Of a stretch of DNA of 64,000 bases, positions 48,835-58,296 are shown one piece after another. Location: contig DAHG01000033.1 of assembly GCA_002495885.1 (NCBI GenBank), positions 86,997 to 150,996 on the forward strand. The letters are read 5' to 3'. The DNA comes from Methanocellaceae archaeon UBA148. Lineage in GTDB: Archaea > Halobacteriota > UBA148. The notes below the pieces were generated by a model. It did not search any database, was not told where the DNA came from, and saw only the letters and a program-made list of their open reading frames with translations. The translations under genes were made by a program, and so were the position numbers. The first letter of the stretch is position 1; every line of letters starts with the position of its first letter.

Positions 48835-50172
48835 ATGAACTCAATTATGAAACAAATTTTTGGAACAGACGGTGTGAGAGGCATCGTAAACAAGGAGTTA
48901 ACGCCAAAACTTGCTCTAGAGTTATGCATGAGTCTTGGGACTTTCATAGATGGCGGAGGAGTTGCGATAGGGAGGGACACAAGAATATCGGGCGAGATGT
49001 TCAAGAATGCTGCGATATCTGGCTTATTGGCAACAGGCTGCAAAGTGGTAGACCTAGGAATTGCCCCCACGCCAGCTATCGACTACTATGTGAGAGATGA
49101 GATGGATGCTGGTATCATCATAACTGCATCTCATAACCCAAGGGAATACAATGGCTTGAAATTTATAGCGAGGGATGGTATTGGGTTCAACAGAGAAGAG
49201 GAAAGAAAAATAGAAAAAATATATAACGAAAAGAATTTCAGAAATGCCGAATGGGATGGTACTGGGGCTCTATCTACAAATGATGCGATCCAAAGATACA
49301 AAGATGGGATCAAAAAACTTGTCAACGTGGAGAAAATACAAAAAAGGAATTTCAAGGTAGTCGTCGACACTGGCTGTGGTGCCGGAGGCATTGTTACGCC
49401 TTCGTTATTAAGAGAACTGGGCTGCACTGTGATCACGTTGAACGCACAGTTGGATGGGACCTTCCCCAAAAGACCCCCAGAACCAACCGGTGAAGTCCTC
49501 GGAGATCTGATTACACTGGTGAAACGGAGTGGTGCAGACCTGGGGGTGGCGCATGATGGTGATGCCGATAGAGTGGTTTTCGTGGATGAGAATGGCTCTT
49601 TCGTGAGTGAAGACGTATCGCTCGCAATATGCGCAAAAGATGCATTGCAAGAGAGGAAAGGTATTGTCGTGACTCCAGTGAGTTCGTCGTTATGCGTTAA
49701 AGATGTCGTAGAGCAATATGGTGGCAATTTGGTTTGGACGCCCATAGGGAGCATCCACGTAGCGAGGAAAATGATCGAACTGGGGGCAGTATTCGGTGGA
49801 GAGGGAAACGGTGGACTGATATTTCCCAAGCACCAATACTGCAGAGATGGAGCCATGGCAGTCGCAAAGGTACTTGAAATGATTTGTGAAAAGAGGATGT
49901 CCCAGCTTGTTGAAGAAATACCACGCTACTATAACGTGAAGAAGAAAGTGAAAGTCATCGACAAAGAGGGCGTGATGGAGACGGTCTTAGGTAAGCTCAA
50001 GAATAACATAGATGCAACGGATGGGGTTAAAATTTGGTATGAGGAGGGATGGGTATTGATCAGGCCCTCTGGAACCGAGCCCATCATTCGAATATATGCA
50101 GAATCCAAGTCCAAGGAAAGAGTGAACGAGCTTGCTCAGGACGGCATCAATCTGATCAAACAAGTGAGCTGA
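48835..50172 (+). CDS. glmM: phosphohexose mutase (phosphoglucosamine mutase / phosphomannomutase, GlmM-like)
   Basis: FGTDGVRG start. Active-site TASHNP. Metal-binding DGDADR. Sugar-binding GEGNGG. Confidence 0.8.
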   Translation: MNSIMKQIFGTDGVRGIVNKELTPKLALELCMSLGTFIDGGGVAIGRDTRISGEMFKNAAISGLLATGCKVVDLGIAPTPAIDYYVRDEMDAGIIITASHNPREYNGLKFIARDGIGFNREEERKIEKIYNEKNFRNAEWDGTGALSTNDAIQRYKDGIKKLVNVEKIQKRNFKVVVDTGCGAGGIVTPSLLRELGCTVITLNAQLDGTFPKRPPEPTGEVLGDLITLVKRSGADLGVAHDGDADRVVFVDENGSFVSEDVSLAICAKDALQERKGIVVTPVSSSLCVKDVVEQYGGNLVWTPIGSIHVARKMIELGAVFGGEGNGGLIFPKHQYCRDGAMAVAKVLEMICEKRMSQLVEEIPRYYNVKKKVKVIDKEGVMETVLGKLKNNIDATDGVKIWYEEGWVLIRPSGTEPIIRIYAESKSKERVNELAQDGINLIKQVS

Positions 50173-51069
50173 ATGTTGTCAAAAATAATGGTCACAGGAT
50201 GCAGTGGGTTCATCGGCACCCATTTGGTCAAGAGACTTATAGATAACGGTTTTCAAGTGACCGGATATGATCTGAACGCATCATTAATCAGAGATCGCAA
50301 TTTTAGCCTCGTAAGGGGAGACATACTCGATATAGAAAAATTGCGGGATAGCATGAAAGGTTGTAAAAGCGTATTTCATCTGGCTGCGCAGACAAAAGTC
50401 CCAGAATCAACTAAGGATCCCCTTGCAGATTTCAAAACAAATTCAGAAGGAACTTTTAACGTTCTTTCCATAGCCCAAGAGCATAATGCAAAAGTGATAT
50501 ATGCATCGACATCCACGGTTTATGGTGCTGCTGAGATGCCAACCAAAGAATCACACCAGTTGCGACCGGTATCTTTCTACGGTACATCAAAGGCGGCAGG
50601 AGATATGTACTGTTCTGCTTTTAACAGCACATTTGATTTAGATACAATAGTTCTTCGAATCTTCAACGCATATGGTCCAGGTAATGGAAAGGGCGTGATG
50701 TATGACTTGTTCAAGAAGTTGGAACTTGATCCAACGCACTTGGAGATTATAGGGACCGGATTACAAAAGAAGGATTACGTGTACATCGATGACGCCGTGG
50801 AGGCTTTCATGACCGCATATGAGAAGGGGGCATCAGGCGAAGCATACAATGTCGGTAGCGGCGTCTCCACGACAGTTAATGATATAGCAGGGATTATTTT
50901 TGATACCTTGAATGTTTGCCCCAAAACAACGTACACTGGGGAGTCTTGGATGGGAGATGTTGAATCATCCCTGGCAGATCTCTCAAAATTAAAAAAATTA
51001 GGATGGCACCCAAAGGTCAGTATAAAAGAAGGGATTGAAAAAGTGTATGAGTGGATACAGCTAATCTGA
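50173..51069 (+). CDS. NAD-dependent nucleotide-sugar epimerase/dehydratase (GalE-like SDR)
   Basis: GCSGFIGTHLVKRL Rossmann motif. Catalytic YGTSK (YxxxK). Start abuts the glmM stop. Confidence 0.8.
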   Translation: MLSKIMVTGCSGFIGTHLVKRLIDNGFQVTGYDLNASLIRDRNFSLVRGDILDIEKLRDSMKGCKSVFHLAAQTKVPESTKDPLADFKTNSEGTFNVLSIAQEHNAKVIYASTSTVYGAAEMPTKESHQLRPVSFYGTSKAAGDMYCSAFNSTFDLDTIVLRIFNAYGPGNGKGVMYDLFKKLELDPTHLEIIGTGLQKKDYVYIDDAVEAFMTAYEKGASGEAYNVGSGVSTTVNDIAGIIFDTLNVCPKTTYTGESWMGDVESSLADLSKLKKLGWHPKVSIKEGIEKVYEWIQLI

Positions 51070-51080
51070 TCTTATCTTTT

Positions 51081-51950
51081 TTATCCCAGCCTATCCCATT
51101 TTCTCTTTTTGAGGGTTATTATCAACACTATGAGTACTACTATGATAATCCCTGCGATGATGCCATATTTTATAAGAGTGTTACGCTCCAGTTGACCTTC
51201 ATAGGTTTCTATCGCGGCCCTTGCACTATCAGAGGCTCTTGTAGCTTCATCATAAGAATCTTCAGCCGCTTGTTTCGACGCACCCATATCAGGTACCTCA
51301 TACAAAACTTTAGCGCTGCCCAGCGATCCCTCTGCTGAGTTAAGGAAACCTTTTGATGCTTCTAGCATCGCTGCTGGAACACCTGCATCTTCGGCAGATT
51401 TGATGTCGTTTTTAGCCATCATTATTCGCTTGTCAGCCTGGTCTATGGAAGTTAATACTTCATTAATTTCATCGGTCGTTATGTAGGCTGAGATCTCGGT
51501 TATGGCTTTATCCCCTTCCAAGATCTGCATCAAATGGTAGTATTCCTTCTTTCCAACTTCTGGTGCTATGCCAGATAATCCGATTGTTAGGTTGTTATAT
51601 ACCGAATGATCGAATTCCAGGGTAAATTCCCAATTACGCTGTGTATCCCGATAAGCCCAGCCGCTGGCATTCTCCATCTTAATGTCCCATATTGGGTCCA
51701 TCAAACTCGTACTCAAATGTAGTGTGGTCCTGTCGGTCAGATTTGAACTGACCTCTTTCAAAACAACCTCATCTATATGTACTCTGTCCCCCGCAAACAA
51801 GTCCTCAGTGGGGACAGCACTCCTGGAACTTTCTTCGATTTTCTGCGCGAGAGCGCCTTGAGATCCGATAGCAAAGACCAATAAAAATATTACGCCAAAC
51901 GTGATCAACCTTTTCATTCCATCCACCATCAGAATAAAATCCCCCATCAA
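51081..51950 (-). CDS. type-I membrane-anchored extracellular protein (signal peptide, ~220-aa ectodomain, C-terminal TM plus KKRK tail), co-transcribed with cetZ
   Basis: MKRLITFGVIFLLVFAIGSQGALA signal. C-terminal IIAGIIIVVLIVLIITLKKRKW anchor. Helical, Ala/Glu-rich membrane-proximal region. 4-nt overlap with the cetZ stop. Confidence 0.45.
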   Translation of the reverse strand: MMGDFILMVDGMKRLITFGVIFLLVFAIGSQGALAQKIEESSRSAVPTEDLFAGDRVHIDEVVLKEVSSNLTDRTTLHLSTSLMDPIWDIKMENASGWAYRDTQRNWEFTLEFDHSVYNNLTIGLSGIAPEVGKKEYYHLMQILEGDKAITEISAYITTDEINEVLTSIDQADKRIMMAKNDIKSAEDAGVPAAMLEASKGFLNSAEGSLGSAKVLYEVPDMGASKQAAEDSYDEATRASDSARAAIETYEGQLERNTLIKYGIIAGIIIVVLIVLIITLKKRKWDRLG

Positions 51951-53119
51951 AATAAAGGCTGCAAATCTTCGGCATTCATCAACTCTTCGATCCTCTCGCC
52001 TTTTTTCTCACTAAACTCTGCCATTCTTACCTGTGCATCTATAGCGAGTTGCTGTAGTTCTTTGATTCGTGGTACATTTGAAACACCGGATAAAAGGACG
52101 ACACCTGCCACATATTTACTACCTGGGATTGGGTAATCTCCCCCGCGAACTTCTCCGCCACCTATTGCATCCTCGAGCCATAATCTCGCCTTTTCCGTTC
52201 CAACTCTACTCAACTGCTCCGGCGGTCCTGCTATCAAAACGAGGGCTTTTTCAGCACTTTTGATGTCGCATGGCATAGTCAACCGCCCCATAGCAGCCCT
52301 TCTTACCAAGGAAACAACCTTAGTAGTTGAATCAAGCGATTCTATGGATGTCTTTCTTCTGAACATGTTTCTGAGTTTTCCCAGCAAGCCAACTCTTTGT
52401 GCCTCTTCTCTTGCATAGCCGATGACCGAAATCTCTCCACCTTTGAGGGTGTTGATGATCTCGGACGAATCTATTACCGACTCCCCCACTACTCCCTTGG
52501 GGGAACGTGGTGCTTCTCCTGCACCAAGTATGATGCCGAGTCTCCTGGCAATTTCCTCATTTATGTACTGATATGACTCTACAATGGTTGTTCCTTCCTT
52601 CTTCCAAGAATCATTATCGAATAAAAAGAGGGCGTCAACTTCTTTTATAAAAGTCATTAGACTTCTGGCCGCATTCAATGAATAGAGCGAACCCTCCTCA
52701 TTTGATGGCAGTATTCCCAGACCATAGACCGGCTCTGAATAAAGTTTTTTCAACCTTCTTGCAATGACCGGGGCCCCACCAGACCCAGTTCCACCACCAA
52801 GTCCAGCTGCTACCAAAAACGCCTCTGTCATATGAGTGCCCCGTGCATCCACAGCGCTTTGAATCGTATAGATATCATCTGTGGCTATCTTTGCACCCAT
52901 TTCATTGTCCGCACCAATGCCATGGCCTTTCGATACCGTCTGACCTATGAGAAGGCGGTCTTCCATTGGTATTTGGGTCAGACCCATGAGATCTGTTTTG
53001 GCAGTATTAATAGCCAATGCCCTCGCAATAGAGCTTTGGCCTGTTTTCTTATCGTATTCCAGAAGCAAATCTATTATCTTTCCTCCTGCCTGTCCAAAGC
53101 CAATTGCAAATAGTTTCAT
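51947..53119 (-). CDS. cetZ: CetZ-family tubulin/FtsZ-like cytoskeletal GTPase
   Basis: MKLFAIGFGQAGGKIIDLL N-terminus and GLGGGTGSGGAPV tubulin signature (GGGTGSG). ~390 aa. Lacks the FtsZ-type GGGTGTG and C-terminal tail. Confidence 0.75.
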   Translation of the reverse strand: MKLFAIGFGQAGGKIIDLLLEYDKKTGQSSIARALAINTAKTDLMGLTQIPMEDRLLIGQTVSKGHGIGADNEMGAKIATDDIYTIQSAVDARGTHMTEAFLVAAGLGGGTGSGGAPVIARRLKKLYSEPVYGLGILPSNEEGSLYSLNAARSLMTFIKEVDALFLFDNDSWKKEGTTIVESYQYINEEIARRLGIILGAGEAPRSPKGVVGESVIDSSEIINTLKGGEISVIGYAREEAQRVGLLGKLRNMFRRKTSIESLDSTTKVVSLVRRAAMGRLTMPCDIKSAEKALVLIAGPPEQLSRVGTEKARLWLEDAIGGGEVRGGDYPIPGSKYVAGVVLLSGVSNVPRIKELQQLAIDAQVRMAEFSEKKGERIEELMNAEDLQPLF

Positions 53120-53195
53120 TTTTACCCACTCTATTGTTTATCTACTCTATTTTTACCCTGTTTTTTTGAATATTGTGTCAGGCCACTATATATAT

Positions 53196-53855
53196 CTATT
53201 CATATCCAGCAGGTATAACACGAACGTCTTTGAGTATAACACAGTTGTTATAAACGTTTTTCAGATATATCCCCTCAATGGGTATCTCAAACAATTTCTT
53301 ATCGGTCTTGACCTTCAGCTCAATCAGGTCCCCGGTTTTATCATCATAAACGATGTCGGTCACAGTTCCGATTATGGTACCATCGATGTATGTAACTTTT
53401 TGGCCGAAGATATCCTTTGCTGAGGGTTTATTATCTTTATACCGATGTATCAGTTGCGATATGGATTCTTCCTTTTTTTTAAATGAATCCATGCTAATCC
53501 CCATGAGAATTGCAAGCGCTTTTATGTCCACGATGTCGTCCAAACCTCTCAGCTTTTTTCTACTACGCAAGTCATACAGCATCGTATATATCTGGGCCTG
53601 GGCGTAGGCAAATGGATCGAGTTTATTGTTACTGACAAGATATTCTTTTACTATCCTTTTAACCTCATCACAAATGACATTGGAAAGCTCTTCTTTGGAT
53701 AGATCCTTTTCCATGATAGCAGACGGAATCCTAAAATCTTTCTTGATGAAATGCTCTAGGGTTTCATCAGCAACGGGCTCCATTAGGAAGTTCCAGGGAA
53801 AAAGACGGGAGCGTAAATAATTATGGACTCTCTCTTTTATTATTTCTTTTTTCAT
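53196..53855 (-). CDS. PRC-barrel domain protein (C-terminal), upstream of cetZ
   Basis: C-terminal ~80 aa has the PRC-barrel pattern (GQKVTYIDGTIIGTVTDIVYDDKTGDLIELKV...IEGIYLKN). N-terminal 120 aa helical. Confidence 0.5.
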   Translation of the reverse strand: MKKEIIKERVHNYLRSRLFPWNFLMEPVADETLEHFIKKDFRIPSAIMEKDLSKEELSNVICDEVKRIVKEYLVSNNKLDPFAYAQAQIYTMLYDLRSRKKLRGLDDIVDIKALAILMGISMDSFKKKEESISQLIHRYKDNKPSAKDIFGQKVTYIDGTIIGTVTDIVYDDKTGDLIELKVKTDKKLFEIPIEGIYLKNVYNNCVILKDVRVIPAGYE

Positions 53856-53873
53856 AGCTTCCTTCTAAGTTTT

Positions 53874-54821
53874 TCATAATTTCCTGCGAAGCATTTGATA
53901 CAATTTTGATGCTTTAGAATTGTCCTTCTTTCCTATATCCTCTTCAGTAGGTACTTCTTTTCTACACAGCAGCCAAACCCATTTTCCAAAATCAGTTACC
54001 TCATAGATATCGCCACGTTTCTCCACTAGATTATAATCCCAATCATCCCCGACCAGATAATCCATACTGTCCTTCAGCAGCCCATCGTACATCTCACTCA
54101 CGAGCCCTTTATATTCCTCATCCTCGATACTGCAGATTTCTTGAATTTCTTTTATATTTAATCCCTTGCAAGAATTGATTAAGACGCTGAAGCCGGTAAA
54201 TGCATAATCCCTCTCTCTTAGGCGCCTCCAGCATAAGTCCAGTTGGTTATTCCTACCCAACATTTTTTTTGCAGTTTCTTGGAGAAGAGTTGTTATGGAA
54301 TCTAAAATTCTTAATGCTTCGATATCATTGAAGTCTGGAGTTTTGATCGTCACCCCTTTATTGCTCATCGTGGCATTTTTAAATTCGACAATAGGCTTTG
54401 GGTCGCCAAATAATATGTCCGTTAAGGCCCTAAAATATTGCTCTGTTAGGGGTTCTCTTTCTGGATCGTAGGGATACAGATTGCCATGCCTCAGATCCAG
54501 ACTGGGGCCAAAGTATGCCACCAGTTCAAGAAGGTCGCGTCTTATTTGTTCAATATTTGCAAAATCACCCTCTTTAGTGTCTATCGTTCTACTTAACTGT
54601 TTCAACTCACCCTCTAATTGCGACCTGAGATTACCACTAATCCCTTTGTTTAACAGTGCCTCAATGTCATTTATCTTTTTTCGTATTTCATCCGGTTCAT
54701 CAGCACCTGTACGGTCTCTCAAAAGCCAATATTCCTTCGCCAGTATAGTTGCCCTTTCGTTAAAGGCGGCTTCACGCATAATTACTCCCGTTGAAACATC
54801 TTTAAAGGCCGATTCACGCAT
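53874..54821 (-). CDS. hypothetical protein (315 aa) with duplicated N-terminal peptide
   Basis: No family recognised. MRESAFKDVSTGVI and MREAAFNERATI N-terminal units are encoded by a 16-nt exact direct repeat. Confidence 0.35.
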   Translation of the reverse strand: MRESAFKDVSTGVIMREAAFNERATILAKEYWLLRDRTGADEPDEIRKKINDIEALLNKGISGNLRSQLEGELKQLSRTIDTKEGDFANIEQIRRDLLELVAYFGPSLDLRHGNLYPYDPEREPLTEQYFRALTDILFGDPKPIVEFKNATMSNKGVTIKTPDFNDIEALRILDSITTLLQETAKKMLGRNNQLDLCWRRLRERDYAFTGFSVLINSCKGLNIKEIQEICSIEDEEYKGLVSEMYDGLLKDSMDYLVGDDWDYNLVEKRGDIYEVTDFGKWVWLLCRKEVPTEEDIGKKDNSKASKLYQMLRRKL

Positions 54822-54888
54822 AATTACTCACTTGTACACTTTTTTGGTAATCCATAACCCATATTAATAACTTACTATATAAGTAGTT

Positions 54889-55992
54889 GTGATGAAATAC
54901 GTCGTGCTAGTTGGAGATGGAATGGAAGACTACCCCATAAAAGCTTTAGAGGGTAGAACGCCATTACAGGTTGCCCACACACCAAACATGGATTTCATCT
55001 CAGCTGAGGGGAGCATGGGTACTGTAAAAACAATACCTGAGGGCATGTATCCAGGAAGCGATGTTGCCAACCTATCCATCCTTGGATATGATCCCAGAAA
55101 ATATTATACCGGCAGGGGACCTTTAGAGGCGGCAAGCATGGGCGTTTTTTTAGATGAAGATGATGTGGCTTTTAGATGTAATCTGGTTACCGTGAAAGAC
55201 GGTATACTCGTTGATTACAGTGCAGATCACATATCAACTGAGGATGGCGGGGGCTTAATAAAACTCATAGATGAGAAGTTGGGGGGCAAGAACATCAGTT
55301 TCCATCCCGGAATTAGCTATCGTCATCTATTGGTTCTAAAGGGCTGCGAAAAGGTGAAATGTGTCCCACCACATGATATGGTGGGACATTTGATAGAGGA
55401 AAATCTTCCCTTTGGCAAGGGCAGTAAATTGCTAAAAAATCTTATGCAAGACTCAAGGTCTTTCCTGGGGGAATACATGATCTGGCCGTGGGGACCTGGC
55501 AAAGCGCCAAGCATGCCCTCTTTCGAGGAGAAATATGGCTTAAGCGGCTCCGTGATATGTGCTGTAGATCTAATCAAAGGTATCGGCAGATGTGCTGGAT
55601 TACAAATCATAAATGTACCAGGTGCCACTGGTTACTTGGATACGAACTATAGGGAAAAAGCAGATTATGCACTGATGTCTTTAGAAAAAAAAGATTTCGC
55701 TTTCGTGCATGTAGAGGCGCCGGATGAGGCTGGTCACGAAGGAAATATGGAGGCAAAGATCAAAGCCATAGAGGATTTTGATGAAAAGGTCGTGGGAACG
55801 ATGTTGGATGGTTTAGATAGATATGAAGAATATAAGATTTTGGTGCTGTCAGACCATCCCACGCCGATATCACTCAGGACCCACACTCCCGATCCGGTCG
55901 GTTTCTCCGTCTTCTCCACAGGTGAGCTCCAGCCCATGGGTTTTATTGAGGAAGGGTACAGATTGATGGACATTTTTATCAAAGGGTGTTAG
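54889..55992 (+). CDS. apgM: 2,3-bisphosphoglycerate-independent phosphoglycerate mutase, archaeal type (ApgM)
   Basis: MKYVVLVGDGMEDYP N-terminus, plus the C-terminal metal-binding VEAPDEAGHEG and SDHPTP motifs typical of ApgM. Confidence 0.85.
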   Translation: MMKYVVLVGDGMEDYPIKALEGRTPLQVAHTPNMDFISAEGSMGTVKTIPEGMYPGSDVANLSILGYDPRKYYTGRGPLEAASMGVFLDEDDVAFRCNLVTVKDGILVDYSADHISTEDGGGLIKLIDEKLGGKNISFHPGISYRHLLVLKGCEKVKCVPPHDMVGHLIEENLPFGKGSKLLKNLMQDSRSFLGEYMIWPWGPGKAPSMPSFEEKYGLSGSVICAVDLIKGIGRCAGLQIINVPGATGYLDTNYREKADYALMSLEKKDFAFVHVEAPDEAGHEGNMEAKIKAIEDFDEKVVGTMLDGLDRYEEYKILVLSDHPTPISLRTHTPDPVGFSVFSTGELQPMGFIEEGYRLMDIFIKGC

Positions 55993-56891
55993 CGATGGAT
56001 CATATCACGGTAAAGGCACCTGCAACGTCTGCCAACCTAGGCTCTGGCTTTGATGTGTTTGGCATAGCACTGCAAATCCCATATGACATCATCGAGCTTG
56101 AGCCCCAGGATGTAACGGAGATAAAAGTCGACGGAGTTGGCAGAGACCTTATTTCCACAGATCCCGCAAAGAACACGGCAGGAATTACCGCATCAGAGCT
56201 GGGATGCAATGCGAAAATTACGGTTCATAAAGGAATCAGACCCTGCAGCGGGCTTGGATCTTCTGCAGCTAGCGCAGCCGGAGCAGCCTTAGGTCTAAAC
56301 GAACTCTTTGGTCTCAGACTTTCAGAAAACGAACTTATCAGGGCAGCAGTTAAAGGTGAAAAAGTCGTGTCTGGAGCAGCACATGCGGATAACGTTGCTG
56401 CAGCTCTACTCGGTGGATTTACGATAGCGAATGGCGAAAATGTAATCCAACTGGAACCGCCTGATATCGGCATCGTTGCGGTATTACCAGATATTTCCGT
56501 TGAGACAAGAGCAGCGAGATCCATACTACCTCCAAAAGTATCGCTGGAAGACTTGGTTTTCAACGTCGGAAACGCATCCTCGTTGGTCATCGGCATGGTT
56601 ACCGGAAATCTGGAACTTATTGGGAGGAGCATGCAAGATCGCATAATAACGCCAGTGCGTTCAAAGCTCATTCCTTGTTACGAGGATGTGAGGGAGAGCG
56701 CCTTAGAAGCTGGTGCAGCAGGTGCAACGATCAGCGGCTCTGGTCCAGCCATGATCGCCGTCTGCGAGTTTGACAGAAGGGGTGAAATAGCAGATGCAAT
56801 GGTGGGTGCTTTCAATCGCAATGGGATAAAAAGCGAACCCTTCATAACCCGACCAGGCAGTGGTGCAGAGATCGTGAAGGGGAGTGAATGA
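55986..56891 (+). CDS. thrB: homoserine kinase (GHMP family)
   Basis: PATSANLGSGFDVFGIAL. GHMP motif PCSGLGSSAASAAGAA. Overlaps the apgM stop by 7 nt. Confidence 0.85.
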   Translation: MLAMDHITVKAPATSANLGSGFDVFGIALQIPYDIIELEPQDVTEIKVDGVGRDLISTDPAKNTAGITASELGCNAKITVHKGIRPCSGLGSSAASAAGAALGLNELFGLRLSENELIRAAVKGEKVVSGAAHADNVAAALLGGFTIANGENVIQLEPPDIGIVAVLPDISVETRAARSILPPKVSLEDLVFNVGNASSLVIGMVTGNLELIGRSMQDRIITPVRSKLIPCYEDVRESALEAGAAGATISGSGPAMIAVCEFDRRGEIADAMVGAFNRNGIKSEPFITRPGSGAEIVKGSE

Positions 56892-57207
56892 AAGGGTTAA
56901 GCTGATACTACTATTCCTAATCACCGTTATCCTTGTTGTTTGGTCTGGCACTGGTATGGTGGATGTTATTGAGCTCGTCAGCAAGTCCAACACCTATGCA
57001 AAAGCCTGCACCAACATCGACAACAACCATAACTACGCCGAAGTTCAACCACAAGCTAAAATTGGAAAAGATTGGTGTTCAAATATCACTTCTGAAAAAG
57101 TTATAATCCATGCTAGCTATGCTGAATGCGTCCGATTGGACAATTTTGCAGCAAACCTAAAACTCTGGATGAAGAAGAAAGGACGGAAAGTTATTTCTCG
57201 GAAATGA
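56884..57207 (+). CDS. small hypothetical secreted/membrane protein
   Basis: 107 aa. N-terminal TM or signal helix, two Cys. No family recognised. Confidence 0.3.
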   Translation: MNERVKLILLFLITVILVVWSGTGMVDVIELVSKSNTYAKACTNIDNNHNYAEVQPQAKIGKDWCSNITSEKVIIHASYAECVRLDNFAANLKLWMKKKGRKVISRK

Positions 57208-57358
57208 TGGGACCAGGAGAGAACAAAACATCCTCAGCAAGCTTTAGTACCTAGGCATAAATGAAGGTAAGAGTAGTGAAGAGGGTCTGGCTGTTGACAG
57301 GGATATCCTGATAAAGCCGGAGAGATGGAGTCATGATGGATACTAAAGGAGCGAAATC

Positions 57359-58093
57359 TTGAGAGCCGAAGCTTTTATAGTTAAAGGCGTCCCGCAGATC
57401 GAAAGTGGGGATGACCTGGGCAATATGATATCCGAATTAGCCCAACTAGTGGACGGAGATATCATAGTGGTCGCCTCTACCGTCGTTGCAAAGTCTGAGG
57501 GTAGAGTGCTACGCCTAAAGGATATAGAGCCTGGCTATGACGCCAAGAGGATTGCACGCCTAAATGAGGAGGACCCCCGGTTTGTCCAGGCGGTATTGGA
57601 TGAAAGCGAGGAAATTCTGATCGAGAATCCTTTTTTGCTGGTCCAGACCCCCACGGGTCATATATGCGTGAATGCAGGTATAGATCGATCAAACATTCGG
57701 GACGGATTTGTGATTTTGTTGCCAGAAGATCCAGATAGAAGCGCAAAAAATATCAGAGATTCAACCGGCAAACACATTGCAGTCATCATCTCAGACACGT
57801 GCGGCAGACCATTCAGAACTGGGCAAACAGGTATCGCAATTGGATGTGCTGGCATCTCTGTTATTAAGGACTGGAGAGGCGAAAAAGATCTGTTTGGCAG
57901 AGAGCTAAAAGTGACAAGAGAGGCGATTGTAGATGAACTGGCCGGTTTTGCGAATATGTTAATGGGTGAAGCTTCCGGGGGGACGCCCGTGGTGATAATT
58001 CGTGGAATCCAATGGCAAGATAGCAAGGAAGGAATCAAGAGCATATATAGGCCCAAAGAGGAGGATCTGATAAAAAAGGCGCTTAAAAAGTAG
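57359..58093 (+). CDS. cofE: coenzyme F420-0:L-glutamate ligase (CofE)
   Basis: 244 aa. ...VVASTVVAKSEGR...NAGIDRSN...SDTCGRPFR..G..GIAIG motifs of CofE. Confidence 0.8.
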   Translation: MRAEAFIVKGVPQIESGDDLGNMISELAQLVDGDIIVVASTVVAKSEGRVLRLKDIEPGYDAKRIARLNEEDPRFVQAVLDESEEILIENPFLLVQTPTGHICVNAGIDRSNIRDGFVILLPEDPDRSAKNIRDSTGKHIAVIISDTCGRPFRTGQTGIAIGCAGISVIKDWRGEKDLFGRELKVTREAIVDELAGFANMLMGEASGGTPVVIIRGIQWQDSKEGIKSIYRPKEEDLIKKALKK

Positions 58094-58226
58094 CTGCAAG
58101 TTGTAACCAGCTTATAACCAGCGTTAAAGACCCAAAAAGACAAAGAAGTGTGTAAATTAGGGAAGATACGGATGAATGTCTCATTCGGATGCTTGCCTGT
58201 ATTGTTAGATTAGTGTCGTAATTCGT

Positions 58227-58262
58227 AATAATAGTAACAAAAGTAATAATAGTAACAAAAGG
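58227..58262. repeat. 18-nt tandem repeat (taataatagtaacaaaag x2)
   Basis: Exact tandem duplication in the AT-rich spacer between cofE and the UbiA gene. Confidence 0.8.
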
Positions 58263-58296
58263 CAACATAATAAAACAAAACTTTATTCCTGCAAGC

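Noticed and set aside
49131-49856. 241-aa ORF antisense to glmM
   Set aside because: Ser/Pro-rich low-complexity translation opposite a gene with clear phosphohexomutase motifs.
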